Below are positions 11,017-23,600 of a stretch of DNA of 64,000 nt, in pieces (the first letter of the stretch is position 1; each line of letters starts with the position of its first letter). Location of the stretch: assembly GCA_043228905.1 (NCBI GenBank), contig JBHGNT010000008.1, positions 10,354,001-10,418,000 of the forward strand, in the 5' to 3' direction. This DNA comes from Azolla caroliniana. Taxonomy: Eukaryota > Plantae > Polypodiophyta. The position numbers and the translations under genes were made by a program. The notes below the pieces were generated by a model. It was not told the DNA's origin and ran no database searches. It saw only the letters and a list, made by a program, of their open reading frames with translations.

Positions 11017-14000
11017 GTACCATTTCGGCTCCGTGAGTTGCATCAGAACGTTGTCGATTGCTACGTCCGACGCGTCAACGAAGACGTGAAAGCTTTTACT
11101 CCAATCCGGCGGTTGCACCACCGGAGCTTGCGACAGCATAACCTTCAACGCTTGGTAGGCTTCCTCCTCCGTCTCCGCCCATAGGAAGGGTGCCCTGTGT
11201 ACGGCGGTATGTAATGGTGTAGCGAAGTCTGCGAGGTGCCGTATCATCCGGCTATGCCACCTTATTTGGCCCAGGAACCGGCTTAAAGCCTTTGCGTTAT
11301 TTGGTGTTGGTGCCTCGAGAATCGCCTTGACTTTATCCGGATCTACCACGATTCCTTCCTTACTCACCACGTGCCCTAGTAAGTTGCCGCTTGCCACTCC
11401 AAAGATGCACTTGGCCGGGTTCAGACTCAACCGGTACTCGCGGCACTTCTCCAAGCACAGCCGGAGGTGATCGAGATGCTCTCCGTGCCGCCTGTAGACC
11501 GCGAAATCGTCAAGGAAGACCTGCATAAAACCGGGGATATATTCCCCGAAAATTTCCATTATTATCCTTTGAAAGGTCGCTGGAGCCGTCTTTAGTCCGA
11601 ACATCATCACGACCGCGACGAACACTCCCCATTCCGTAACGAACGTTGTCTTCTCCTGGTCGGCCGGGTTCATTCGTATTTGGTTGTAGCCGCTAAATCC
11701 ATCCAGGAAGCTGTAAACTTCGTGGCCGGCTACCACATCTAACACCCCGTCCGTAAATGGTAGTGGAAACGCATCGGTCACTGTTGCGGCATATAGTTTG
11801 CGATAGTCCACGCATACCCGGATTTTGCCGTTCTTTTTCGGGACCACCACTATCGGACTCAGCCAGGTTGCCTGCTTGACCGGTCGGATAAATCCGACCC
11901 GGAGGAGCTTATCAGTTTCCTCCTTCACCTTCGCCGCATAATTCGGATTCATCCGGTACCTGCGTTGAGCGATCGGTTTCGCGTCCGTACTTAGGTGAAT
12001 TTGGTGCTGATAGAGCTGGGGGTCCAGCCCTCGCATGTCTTCGTACGACCACGCGAACACATCCTTGAAGTCTGTTAATAATGCTACCATTGCCTTCTTT
12101 TCTTCCTTCGGCAATTCCTTTGCGACATTTACCGGTCGGGGCTTGTCTGTTGTGCCGAGGTCCACCTCCTCTAGTTGGGATGCTTTTACCCTCTGGGATA
12201 TCGTCATTTCCCTCTCTAGGGATTCCTGTGCTTGTCGCAGTTCCCGGATCGCTGCTTGGTCCAGTTCATCCGGCGTCGTAATGTACGGTTCTACTGCCGC
12301 CGTGATATCCACCTCAAATAGTGGGAAGATTCGTGGGTGTTCCTCGAGGTACCGCTCGACTTCCTCGTCCGGTAATCCCTCCAACATGTTGATGCTTTCC
12401 GCATACAATGGAGTTGCTTCCTTACTGGTGATCACCCGTGGTTGCGTCGTTACTCGTACCTTTATTTTCCCTCGCCGGAATGTGATCATGTTCTTTTGCC
12501 AATTCTGCTTGATATGCGCCGTTCGCAGCCATGGTCGTCCTAGCATTAGGGGGTACGCGCCTTGTACATTCAGCTGCAGCACTACGGCCGATATCCGGAA
12601 TACGTGGCCTCCGATCGTTACTTCCAAATCCTGGATAAGCTCGGTCGGTCGGACTGAACTGGTATCCGCCATGCGTAACCATTCCCGGATGCCCAGGTTC
12701 TCGCATGTCTGTCGGCTGATGACATTTACCCTAGAGCCTCTGTCAATAATTGTTCCAGCAATTTCCTTTCCTTTCACGATTGTCGTGATCGCCGGGCTAC
12801 TTGTATCGACCACTGCTGGTCCTTCCTCCGGGTTGGAGAAGAATGCCGGTGCTGGTGTCGGCTTCGGTTTGCTCACGGATGCCTGTAAGTCTGTCGTAAA
12901 CCGTGGCACCAACTATAGTAGCCATGCTAACGGCAGCACGATTTGACAGTCCTATAGCGCTTGCCACGTTGGGTTTTCTCTTGGCTGTATGATTTCTTCG
13001 TCTTTTGGCATATTTTGGTCTCTTACTTCTGTCGCATTTTGTTCATTGGCCTCCTTGATCCATTGCGCCACTTGTTTTCTGATTGCCTCCTGGGCTTCCC
13101 ACTCGGCGGTCTTTCCCTTTGACCAGGTTGTGACCTGCTGTACTTCTGTTATTTCGGCTGTAACCATGTTGACTGCCGGCTGCTTGTCATTGGTTTTGCT
13201 TGGGCATTGGTTACTATAGTGGCCTTCCTTACGGCAGTAATAACAGTACACCTTGTGACTGTTGCTCGTTTCTCCTTTGTCCCCGGTTTGGAGGGTGGGT
13301 ATGCTTCGGCGGTCGTCTTCGGTTTTTCGGTTATCCGGTACCGATACCGGGTTGTCATTCCTCGCTGCCTCCCGACGTTCCTCTCTTCGGAAAAATCCAC
13401 GCTTCTGATTCCGTTGGAAATTTCGGCTCCCTTGTTGCCTCTCTTCTCTGCGTCGTTCGTATTCCGGGGATTCGTCTCGGTCGTACCGGTCCCGGGGGTA
13501 GCTATCTCTGCGTTTCTCCTCTCGGTCATAGTTATCGCGTCTTCTATCAGCGTATCTGTTACCGCGTTCGCATTGGTAGCGGTCGTCTCTCCGGAATCGA
13601 TCCTCATCCGGGTTCTGATTGCGCGGTTCTATGTGTCGAACCGGTGCTGCCTGCCGATTTAACAGGTTATATTTGCATCGGTCCGTTGTATGGGCTCGAG
13701 AGTTGCAGATCATACATTGTGTCCGTAGGGTGCAGTCTACTGTTGAGTGGCCTGAATTTAGGCATGTTGTGCATTGTAAGGCCTGTCGGAACCTCAGGTC
13801 TTCCTCCTTTGGGAGTGCCCGGTGTAACATCCCCATCGACAAGAAGGAACTAGTCTTGTCCATTTCTAAGACCCGATCAATAACTTGGTCCATTGTGCTG
13901 GTGTGGAAATCAAGGACTCCGCACATTGTTCGAAGTGGCTCTTTCAGCGTGGCCAAAAAGACTGCTTTGGCTTTGTCTTCGGGTGGTGCTCTCGTCAGTT

Positions 14001-14997
14001 GGTTGTGCAGGATCTGAAACCGAATGATGAATTGTGGCACAGTCTCGTTCTCTTCCTACCGGGTGGTGTAGAACTGCCCGACCAATTCCCTTTGCTCAAC
14101 TTGTCTATGAAAAAGCTTGAGGAATCTGGCCTTCAAGGCATCGAATGTGGCAAAGCTGCCCGATAAGTGCTTTGCGTGCCATCGGGCTGCCGGTCCTTCT
14201 AAGGTCATGCCGAATTCGGCGACTTTGGATCATTCGGCTTCGGGCTCCGTCAGTCTTTGGGAGACATGGTTGGCTTCCCATGTTTGGAGGAATGCGTACA
14301 CGTGTGCCTCCGCGTCGGGCTCATCCCGGTACTTTGGGTATGGGTACGGCATCGTGTCGTCCAACTGACTCTCCTGCCTTCTCCGCTCTCTGTCCGCTGT
14401 TGGCGTCAGTGTGAGAACCTTTGGTTCCTCCGCGGTTGGTGCCGGTATCCGCTCCTTCAGTTCCTCCGCGGGTGTTGCCAGTGTCCGGTCCTTTGGTTCC
14501 TCCGCGGGTGTTGTCGGTATCCGCTCCTTCGGTTCCTTCGCGAGTGTTGTCGGTATCCCGTCAGCCTCCCTCGGCGATTGCCGGTCACCGAACTCCAAGG
14601 TTATTTCTTCCTCTGGCTCCGGTGTTACTGAGTCTTCTGACCCCTCTTCCCCCCAGTCGTTTAGTGTGTCGTGGCTGCTTTTATACCAGGACGCAACGCT
14701 TCCGTCGCTTTCCGACTCCGCCTCAAGTGTTGCGAATGCTTCCGAGTCCCCGTCGCCCCCGGCGAGCGTCTGTAGTATCGTTTCCGCCTCTTGTAGGCTT
14801 GTTATGCTACTGCCTTCATCGGGGATTTGCAAAACCCGGAACTGCAGTGCTTCTTCTGCGACTCTCCGAAGAGTTTTGGAGAATGACCGATCCCGCCGGA
14901 TCTCGTCGACGGCTTGCTGCAGGGCTTCCCGTCGTTGCTCGCGTTCGGTGTATCGTCTCCCTCGTTCGGTGATGTGGTCGTCGTTTGTTCTAGACAT
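11017..14997 (-). pseudogene. Element B gag (three CCHC knuckles), protease, RT and start of RNase H
   Basis: CTTCLNSGHSTVDC, CMICNSRAHTTDRC, CYYCRKEGHYSNQC; 'IIDRGSRVNVI'; 'LDGFSGYNQI'; 'FLDDFAV'; 'FHVFVDASD'; homology to C ends after 'EPKWY'. Confidence 0.93.
14400..14560 (-). repeat. 36-bp coding tandem repeat in B gag (IPTTPAEEPKER-like, 4-5 units)
   Basis: Visible in the ORF 14230-15081 translation and in the DNA. Confidence 0.8.
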
Positions 14998-15049
14998 CCA
15001 TCCCCCGGTTGTCCTCTGCACTTTGCAGGAATCGTGGTCGCCAAAATAG

Positions 15050-15439
15050 TGTTGTCTGCCTGGCCGGACTAGCCTCAACACAGGTGTCTATCCGACACTT
15101 CTCCAAAGGGGTGGTAAGGATTGGATGCTAGGTTACACGTGTAAGATGATTACAATTAAGCACAGACGGTAAACAATACGAAGATACAGATAAACACGCA
15201 ATAATTACTTTTGTATTACTTCCGTCAAACCCTTTACAAATCATCGGATCCTTTTATAGGCACCTGGCAAGGTTACAATCGGTGCGCTTAGGCAACCGAC
15301 ATCCGAATCGGTCCGGATCCGGATCGGTACAACTGTACTGGATCCGTCCCTCCGAATAATAATTCTACTATTATTTACTTCCTATTATCCGATCCGACTC
15401 CGCCTTCCCACTTGTCCTTGCTCTTCTGACCGGCCAACA
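15050..15439 (-). repeat. 5' LTR of element B
   Basis: Direct repeat of 7421-7810, followed on the minus strand by CTATTT-TGGCGACCAC and the gag ATG at 14997. Confidence 0.95.
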
Positions 15440-15440
15440 C

Positions 15441-17596
15441 AACCGTTGAACGCTCCTTATTCTAATAGGTGGTTCACGGCGCTGAAGAAGAATGGATCAT
15501 TGCGATTCATCCAAGATCTTCAACCCCTCAACAAGGTGACAATTCGGAATGTTGGAATCGGTTTGAGTGTGGATGAATTTGCCGAAGCATTTGCGGGCCG
15601 GTCCATCTACTCCATTGGCAATTGATCAATTCCAATTTCCGATCGATAGTCGTGACATTACAACCATGAGGACTCTGATCGGGCTTGTGTGGATGTGTAC
15701 CTTACCTCAAGGTGCAACGAACTCGGTGGCTCATATAGTGAATGCCATGAACAAGGTCTTGAAGGATTGCATCACGATGCCATTCTTGGATGATATTCCG
15801 ATAAAATGATGTTCGGATGAGGAGAAGGATGAATCGAAATATAAGGAAGGGTGTAGAAAGTTCATCGTGGATCATATGAAAGATTGCGAGAAGGTGCTCG
15901 AAAGGCTCGAAGATGCGAATTTGACATTTTCGGGAGAAAACACCGCATTTGGGCAATCGGAGATCTTGGTGTTAGGTCACTTGTGTGCAACATACAGCCA
16001 AAAGCCTTCACCCTCCAATGTGAATGTGATCCAGGACATGAAAGAAGAATGTGTAACCCAAACGGAGGTTCAGGTTCCTTGCGGCATGCGCGTTTTATCA
16101 TATCTGGATTCCGCATGTCACCGAGCCATTATATGGATTGGTAAAGAAAAGAATGAAGTTTGAATGGTGAGACAAGCATACAAACGCGATGCAAAGATTG
16201 AAGAAACTACTTGAAGCTCCAGCACTAAGAAAGTCTGACAAAGACTACCTGATCGGGTCGGAAGTGATAATTGAGATAGATTGTCTCCCAATCCTCGGGA
16301 TGATCTCAGAATGTGCGACACCATATCTAGCTATGCTAAGGTGGATCGCCTATATCAAGTCTTTAAACCCAGAGATCTGCCACATTGCAGGAAAGAAGAA
16401 CGCCATGGATGACATGCTGTCGAGGGCAAGATTTGAGAATGAAAGTGACATGGTTTCGGAAGATGAAGACGTCACTCTCAACTTCTTCAAGATGGCCTGA
16501 CTATCGGCAGAAGACAAGGGCACGTTAACCCTCCATGCCTTCAATGAGAACAAGTACGAAGGAGAGTGGTTACTGATCGGTAGATTCTTAAGAACAATGA
16601 TGGCGGATGCTTCGTTTATGAAGGAGGAGGCTCTAAGAATCTGGAAGAAAGCTTACCAATACATCCTGAAGGGAGGATTCCTTTGGCGACACCCAAAGAG
16701 AAGGACAAGAATGCCACGATGAGTGGTGGTGAAGAAAGAAGAGCAAGTGACGTTGATGACTGAATTCCACAAGAGTCCTTGGGCAGGTCATAAAGGAACA
16801 TGGGCGACGTTCGAAAAGTTGAAGGAGAAGTATTGGTGGCAAAGCATGTACAGAGATGTACTCCATTTCATGTCCACATGCGAAATTTTCCAAGTACATT
16901 CGAACATACGTCATCGTGATGAGTTACGACCGACATACCCGCTCACCATACACTTCAAATGGATGGTGGATCTAGTCTTGATGCCAATGGGAGTGGGATT
17001 AATGAAGTACTTAGCACTGGCAAGAGAAGACCTGACAAATCAAGTGGAAGGACGGGCCTTGGCAAATAAGACGACGTCGGCTATTTGCAAATTTCTACTC
17101 GAAGAGGTTGTCTGCCAATATGGCTATATGGGAAGGATAGTGGCCGATTGAGGGGAGTTGGATGCACACGAAGCAACAGAGCTCTTCGAACGACAAGGCG
17201 TGAAGCTCTCCCTCATGACTGCCTATAATCCAGAAGCGAATGGGAAGATCGTACAAGCATGCAACGGTCGAGTCGGAAAATGGCCACGACTATTGCCCTA
17301 TGCCTTGTGGGCCGACAGAACTACACACAGTTCAATGACAAGGTATATGCCAACAGAGCTTATGTATGGACAGAAGCTGGTAATGCCCATCGAAAGGATG
17401 ATCGCCTCATGGGTAGCGATACCATGGGAAAATGAGATGAGCCGAGAAGAATTATTAGTGGCATGGATAAGGTAGCTTGAAAGAAGGCCTAAAGATTTAG
17501 AAAAAATGTGAAAGATGATGGAGGCAGTCCGAGTGAAGAACAAGATTCGGTTCGAGAAGACACATCGATTGCGTCCCAAGAAGATCGAAGAAGGAG
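15441..17596 (+). pseudogene. Element A pol continuation (RT, RNase H, integrase), degenerate
   Basis: 'IEIDCLPILGM', 'HKSPWAGHKGTWATF', 'YNPEANGK' and 'RPKKIEEG' match the pol of E. Confidence 0.9.
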
Positions 17597-19239
17597 TAGC
17601 CTTGACAATCAACACAAGACAACAAGGAGATTGGATATTGGTCCCTACTGAGGACTTTGAAAGACTGCACTGGGATCACAAGCACTTGGATGCAGAGCAC
17701 AAGAAGTTGATGGCCGAATGTGACCGGCAGCAGGAGAAGTTTACAGAACTCCTGAATGAGGTAACCAAGAAAACGGATGCGTTGGCGGAAGAACGAACTA
17801 AGGCGGTTGAGTCGGCAAAGCTACTAGAGGAAGCGGCAAGGGAAAGGACGGTGCTCACCCGACAACACTATGAAGAGATGGAACGAGCATAAATGGCTCT
17901 GAATAGGGTTCAAAGAATTTATCAGACTCAATTGTTGGAATATGGGGTGCAAGCACAAGCAACCGCGGGCCTAATAAAGAAATTAAAGGAGGAAAACTAG
18001 GCCGCGGAGGACAAATCTAAGATGGGGTTCAACTGGATCCGTGTCATTGTGCTAGCATGGAAAGCAAGGACAAAGAGTATGATTGATGAAAGCTCAATGC
18101 AATGGTGGTCAAAATGGGCACAACAGACGGCGGAATTACAGACTCTATGAGCAGATGTTGAGAACCGGAGAAAGGACCGTGACAACTTCTATAAGATGGA
18201 TGTGGAGAGTATTGTAACCATTCGGGAAGAGTTGTCGGACGAGTTTTTGTCCCTGGCAGGAGAACAACCAGCAGCTGTAAGACGGCTGGTGGAACAGTTA
18301 GATGATGATCAACTTGGAACTCAACTCCAATTTGAGCGATTCGAATGGGAGTGTAGATGGAAGGAGGCGTCACGAAGGACGGCGGTGATCAATATAAGTG
18401 ATGGAGAGCAATCTCCGGAGCAGCCACCGAATCCAACTAGAGCCGGAGGAATGTAGGCAGATGAAGCTAGAATGGATCAACCAGGAGAGACCATACCTAA
18501 ACAACCAGCAGAAGTCGAACGGGAGCAGCCGGAAGCGGAAAGAGCAAAGGTGAGAGCAGATGAAGCCGGAGAAGACGCAACTACTAGAGCAGGAAGGCAG
18601 CAGCCACAATGGCAAGAGCCAAAGCAGCTAGAGCGGCAAGAGCCATAGCAGCCAGAGCAGTAGGAGCCAGAGCAAGAGCGGAAAAGCGAGGAACCCATCG
18701 AACCTCTTGACTATTCTGGACATACTTGAGGAAGAATGGTGGAGCTAACTCGTGGGGTCGACTTACAATGTATTGTCCCACGGGCGTGCCATGTGTTGGC
18801 TAGTGGGGGCCAAGTATGGAAGGAGGAAGAGGTGATCTGGTTCCTAGAAATATAATTAAAGAACCAAGAATTATGTCAAGAATGGACGGATTCAAAAGAG
18901 GTATGCCAATTCGGATCCAGGTCGATTCATAGCCGGTTACCGGTTAGGCACCGTTTTGTAGCACAAACCGGATGCTTATAAAAGGTTCCGGATATCATTG
19001 TATGAACGACAGAACATTAATATAAGAGTGTGTTATTATTGTCTATCTGATCTTTATTCCGTCTTGTGTTTAATGTACTGATCTTACGCGTGTAACACTG
19101 TGTGTTGTGAATCGGATCTCCACCGGACGTTAACCGGTTGAAGCCTATCGGGGTCGGAAATCCTTACCACAACCACCCCTTTGGTGAAGTGATCCAGAAG
19201 CACACCCTGTGTTAGTGGCTAGTTCGCCCAGGAGTAACA
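17597..19239 (+). mobile_element. Element D: 3' fragment of a B/C-family Gypsy (extra ORF C-terminal half, tRNA-like site, 3' LTR 18794-19239)
   Basis: 'WAQQTAELQTL*ADVENRRKDRDNFYKMDVESIVTIREELS' matches the B extra ORF. LTR runs TGTTGG...GTAACA with its 3' part similar to the B LTR. TCCCACGGGCGTGCCA at 18776-18791. Confidence 0.85.
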
Positions 19240-20168
19240 AAAACCATGGGTTTGTGCACATTGTTTTTTATGTATTTGTTTCCTATGAAATACTGAATAT
19301 GAAAAGAAAATGTACAAAATCTAAAGCACTTAGTAGTAGCTTTAGTGGTAAGCCAATTTGTTTCCTATCTTGGGGATGCAAGATTCAAACCTTTCTTGCA
19401 CCCCTTTGTATGCACTAAAATATTACTAGGCTTTAGTCTTATATTTACAAATGTTTGAGCACACATTACACCTTCTCGATTTTGTCTGTTCCACACTATT
19501 TTCACACAGTTGTCGAAAATCTTCACGACAACGGTTAACAGTGCCTCAGCCCAAAATCCATCTGAAAGTTCGAAATGGTGCAACATGGCAACAATTCGTT
19601 TCTAAATTGTCTGATTCATTCTTTCTACAATTCCATTCAGATCTGGACTGTGTGGTGTTCTATACTCCCAGCTTATGCCGCGTTGTCGATAGAATTTGAC
19701 GAATTAATCTTATTGATATTCTCTCTATTTTTAAACCGAAGACATTTTAACTTTTGGCTAGTTTGATTCTCTACCATTGTGAGCCATTCCATGAAGATGA
19801 TGAACACATGATCTTTAGTTTTGGCTAGGTATCCCCACATCTTCCGAATCGCGTCATCGATAAATTTAACGAAGTATGTCGCACTACCAAGGGATTGATG
19901 TGGTATTGGGCCACAAACATCCAAATGGACTAAGTCAAGTGGATTTGACTGTCTCGGCTCTTCGGTCGGATGTGAGGCTACAACTTATTTGTCGTGCTTG
20001 CAATGCTTGCAGAACTGATGGTCTAAGAAAGAGAGCTTAGGGATATAGTTGGCCCTAAATAGATGTGTGATGCCAACCTTGCTTAGATGATCAAGTCATC
20101 CATACCATAGGGCCGACACCAGAATATCGGCCAGGAATAAGTTACCCTCTTTGAGTGTGACGTATAAT

Positions 20169-20620
20169 TGTTGTCTGCCAGAATAGTAATATGGAATAGA
20201 GTAATATTGTAACACATGTAAACGGTTCACGCGGGAAGCGTGAACGTCTAAAAGACCCTGCCCTGTGTATATAAAGGGCAGAAAACCTCTAATAGAGGTA
20301 GCGTGTAATTTTGAATGTAAAAGGCGTATCTTAATAGAGTTCTATCTTCTCTAATATCTGTGCGTATCTGTGGTTAATCTACTATGTGTCTGTAATACTT
20401 GGTGGCGTAGCCCAATCGTAAGAGTGTAGGCGTGAGTAACAATGTGTGCACCAGCCCACTGTCTAAAGAGCTCGGTTGTAGTCATCTCCCTTATATGCTG
20501 CTAGGTTACGGGAGGTATCCCACTAAGTATTACGCACAGACGTTACCATTCGTTGGCACACAGTCACTTTGAGGTCTAGGTCGAAGGACTGACCATAGAA
20601 CGTGTTCCTAATCGGTAACA
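20169..20620 (+). repeat. 5' LTR of element C
   Basis: TG...CA, TATATAAAG, repeat of 29146-29599. Confidence 0.95.
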
Positions 20621-20624
20621 CTTT

Positions 20625-20638
20625 TGGCACGCTTGGTG
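20625..20638 (+). promoter_or_regulatory. PBS, tRNA-Arg(TCT)-like
   Basis: TGGCACGCTTGGTG versus the expected TGGCACGCCCGGTG (recalled), 4 nt after the LTR. Confidence 0.7.
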
Positions 20639-20675
20639 ATCTGTGTCTTCTCACAGACGAACAACGACAAATGGA

Positions 20676-23600
20676 TGTTTAGCCGCAGACACCCCAGAGA
20701 ACCAACACGACAAGACCAACCAATCACAAGGTCCATCACATGCCAGGCAGAGGAACGCGCACGGCAAAAGCCTCGCCTCGATAACCTCAGTACTACCTAT
20801 CGAGACCACAAAGAAAATTTCTCGCTCTCCAAATACCTCGGCAATATGCGGGAAGCGCGCTCACCACAAAAGCATTGTGGCCTTTCCCTGCCCGCCGTAG
20901 CACCCAGCATGGCTTTTGCTTATCCTCGCTTCAACGGCGAAACCGACACCACAACCCACATCCAATTGTTCCTCAATGTTTAGAATGCAAACCACATGGC
21001 GCAGAGCCTTTCCGAGCCAGTAGCACACCAGTCCAAAATGATGGAGTTCGGATTAACCTTGGATGGGAGAGCGGCATTTTGGCATTCGCAGATGGATCTG
21101 CCAGCAATCACGACCTTCGACCAACTGCAGTCAGCCTTTCTACGGTTTTTTCATCGGAGGGTGCCGCAACGCGAAATCCTCAGGCAATTTTACACAATTA
21201 AACAGTTGTCGACCGAGACAGTCGCGGATTTCAGCTTACGCTTCCAAAATCTACGACGGAAATTAGAATAGGGCCCGACGGAGGACGAGGCTAGGGAGAC
21301 ATTTCTGGCAGCATTACGCCAACCCATACAAACAACGCTCAACAACAATAGCGTGAAAGGGGAAACGGCCGATATGGTCATAGAAAGAGCGCTACAGCTC
21401 GAGTTGGATAAAGAAGAGGAAAGGTTTTCCATGTCCTCATTACAACAAGCGTTACCTCAGGACGAGGAACGACATTTTTGTCAAGCGATCCAGTGCACGA
21501 TTTGCTTGAATTTGGGGCATTCCGCAGTTGAATGCAACATGTGAATCCACTGTCCAATCTGTCACTCGAAAGCTCACACAGTTGAGCAGTGCGAGTACAA
21601 TATGTTGAACAAAGTCACGCCCACAGTATGCAGCGTGGAAACATAGTGTCCCGCTGCCGTAATGAACAAAGGCGGCAGGAAGAATGACCACAGTATATGG
21701 ATCGAAACCCACGCGATGACTGGCACTACCGGAATCACCGGAATCACAACGATTCCGAGGAAGACGAGCTGGAGGATGAAGACTACCGTGGCAACCCCAG
21801 AAATACTAAAGGGGGTCGATGCTATGAGAATTACCGTCCGACGAACAAACGTGGCGGCTTCAATAGGCCTCACGGAAAGCATCATCAATATCGGGACCAA
21901 CGGCGGTACAATGAAAGTTCGGACGATGACCGGCACCAGGAACCACGCGGGACCAACAACAACCACCGCGTACACTCCAACAAACCAATCATGACCGGGA
22001 GGAGCAAGTCACACCTAGGGATCGGCACACACCACCAAGGGCCGAGAAGGGCGAATCTAGCATCCATTGCTTTGTTTGTAAATAGCCCAAACATTATGCC
22101 ACACAATGCCCAGTACGCAAGGGCAAGGGGCCCGGTGTCAATACGATTACGGCGGAAGTACAACAAGTCACGACACGTCAGCAAACAAAAAATGTTGATT
22201 GGGCTGCGCAAGATGAGATATGGCGGACAGCCCAAGCATGGGTTGAAAAAGCAAACGCGACAAATACAGAGCGCATGCGGAAGGAGTCCACAAACATGGT
22301 GGAGCTATTGGAGGATGAGGGACCATCCCCGAACCCCATATGGCAAGCACTGACAGGCTGCGAGATAACGTTAACCATGGAGAAGCTGCTGCAACTAGTC
22401 CCACGATTCCACCAGGCCGTGGAAGAGCGGGTGATGGGAAGACCTGGGGCAAGCATCACCGCGAATTTTACGGACATTAGCGACGGCCCGACAGTGGTGG
22501 ATCACCACAACCCAGCTATTAAGTTGATATTACACGGTCAGGAAATCCCAGGATGCGTAATCGATGGCGGCTTGGGAGTTAATGTAATTAGCGCGAAGAC
22601 ATGCAAACAATTGGGAATTTCAGAATGGGAAGCTTGCCCGTTCTGGCTCCGCATGGCGGATACCCGCTCAGTACGACCATTGGGGTTGATACGCAAGGTA
22701 GGCATTATCGTGGGAGGACATCGCTTTGACATCACGGCGGTAGTCCTCGCCCTTGACGCCCCAGGGGCATATTCTACGCTACTGGGTAGACCATGGCTTC
22801 GTTCAGCGAATATCAAGCAAAGTTGGCAACACAAGTGTATCAGCTTTCGACGCGGACGCACCAAGGTCCGCGTACCAACAAAGGAAATGGCGACACAACC
22901 CAAGGGCATAACACCATTGTACGCGGAGGATATAAATATGTTGGCTAGGGTGGATGATACAGTTTTAGAGGCATACCTAGACGAGTACCCTCGGATTATT
23001 CCGCTGTTCGAAATCGACGTCATAGAAACCGCAACGGAATATGCCACGCCCGCTACACTCCACGACGAGGCTTACGAACCAAACCCGGAGTCAATATTAG
23101 AACTAAGCAGATCACGGGCAGCGTTCGAGAGGGAAATGGAAATTTCACGACGAGTCACCGCCTCAGCCCTGGAAGAAGTAAACGTGGGTACGGCGTCAAA
23201 ACCCCGTTTCCTCTCCATCACAAAAGAATGAATGCCGGATTAGAGAGATGCAATGATAGCACTACTCAAGAAGTATAAAGATGTGTTCGCCTGGGCCCAC
23301 GAGGACATGAAGGGGTTAGATCCGAAGTTCTACCAACATAAGATCCATTTAGCAATCGACGCGAAACCGGTCCAACAGCGTCGATACCGCATGAACCCAA
23401 ACTACGCGGCCCGCGTAAAATAAGAAATTGACAAACTCCTCAAGGCAGGACTCATACGGTCAGTTAAACAAGCTACATGGTTAAGCCCGATCGTAGTCGT
23501 ACCAAAGAAAAATGGCAAAATACGGGTATGCGTGGACTACCAAAAATTAAACGTCGTAACCATTACGGACGCATTCCCTTTACCTTTCACCGATAGTGTA

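Larger units (their letters stand above)
7421..15439 (-). mobile_element. Element B: non-chromovirus Ty3/Gypsy (Athila/Phygy-like) with extra 3' ORF; most of RNase H and all of integrase deleted
   Basis: 390-bp LTRs 7421-7810 and 15050-15439 (6 differences). gag-PR-RT on minus strand. PBS-like TGGCGACCAC at 15034-15043. No matching TSD. Confidence 0.93.
1320..17596 (+). mobile_element. Element A: degenerate tRNA-Trp-primed Ty3/Gypsy, interrupted by X and B; 3' end replaced by D
   Basis: LTR end ...TTTTCACGACA at 2263, PBS 2272-2289, gag, protease 'ALIDHGSEINLMS', RT 'YSNRWF..KKNG..RFIQDLQP' and 'FLDDIPIK', RNase H and integrase fragments. Colinear with element E. Confidence 0.88.

Noticed and set aside
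12035-12946. 303-aa plus-strand ORF and similar long antisense ORFs (22538-23047, 52401-53123)
   Set aside because: Antisense shadows of pol reading frames.
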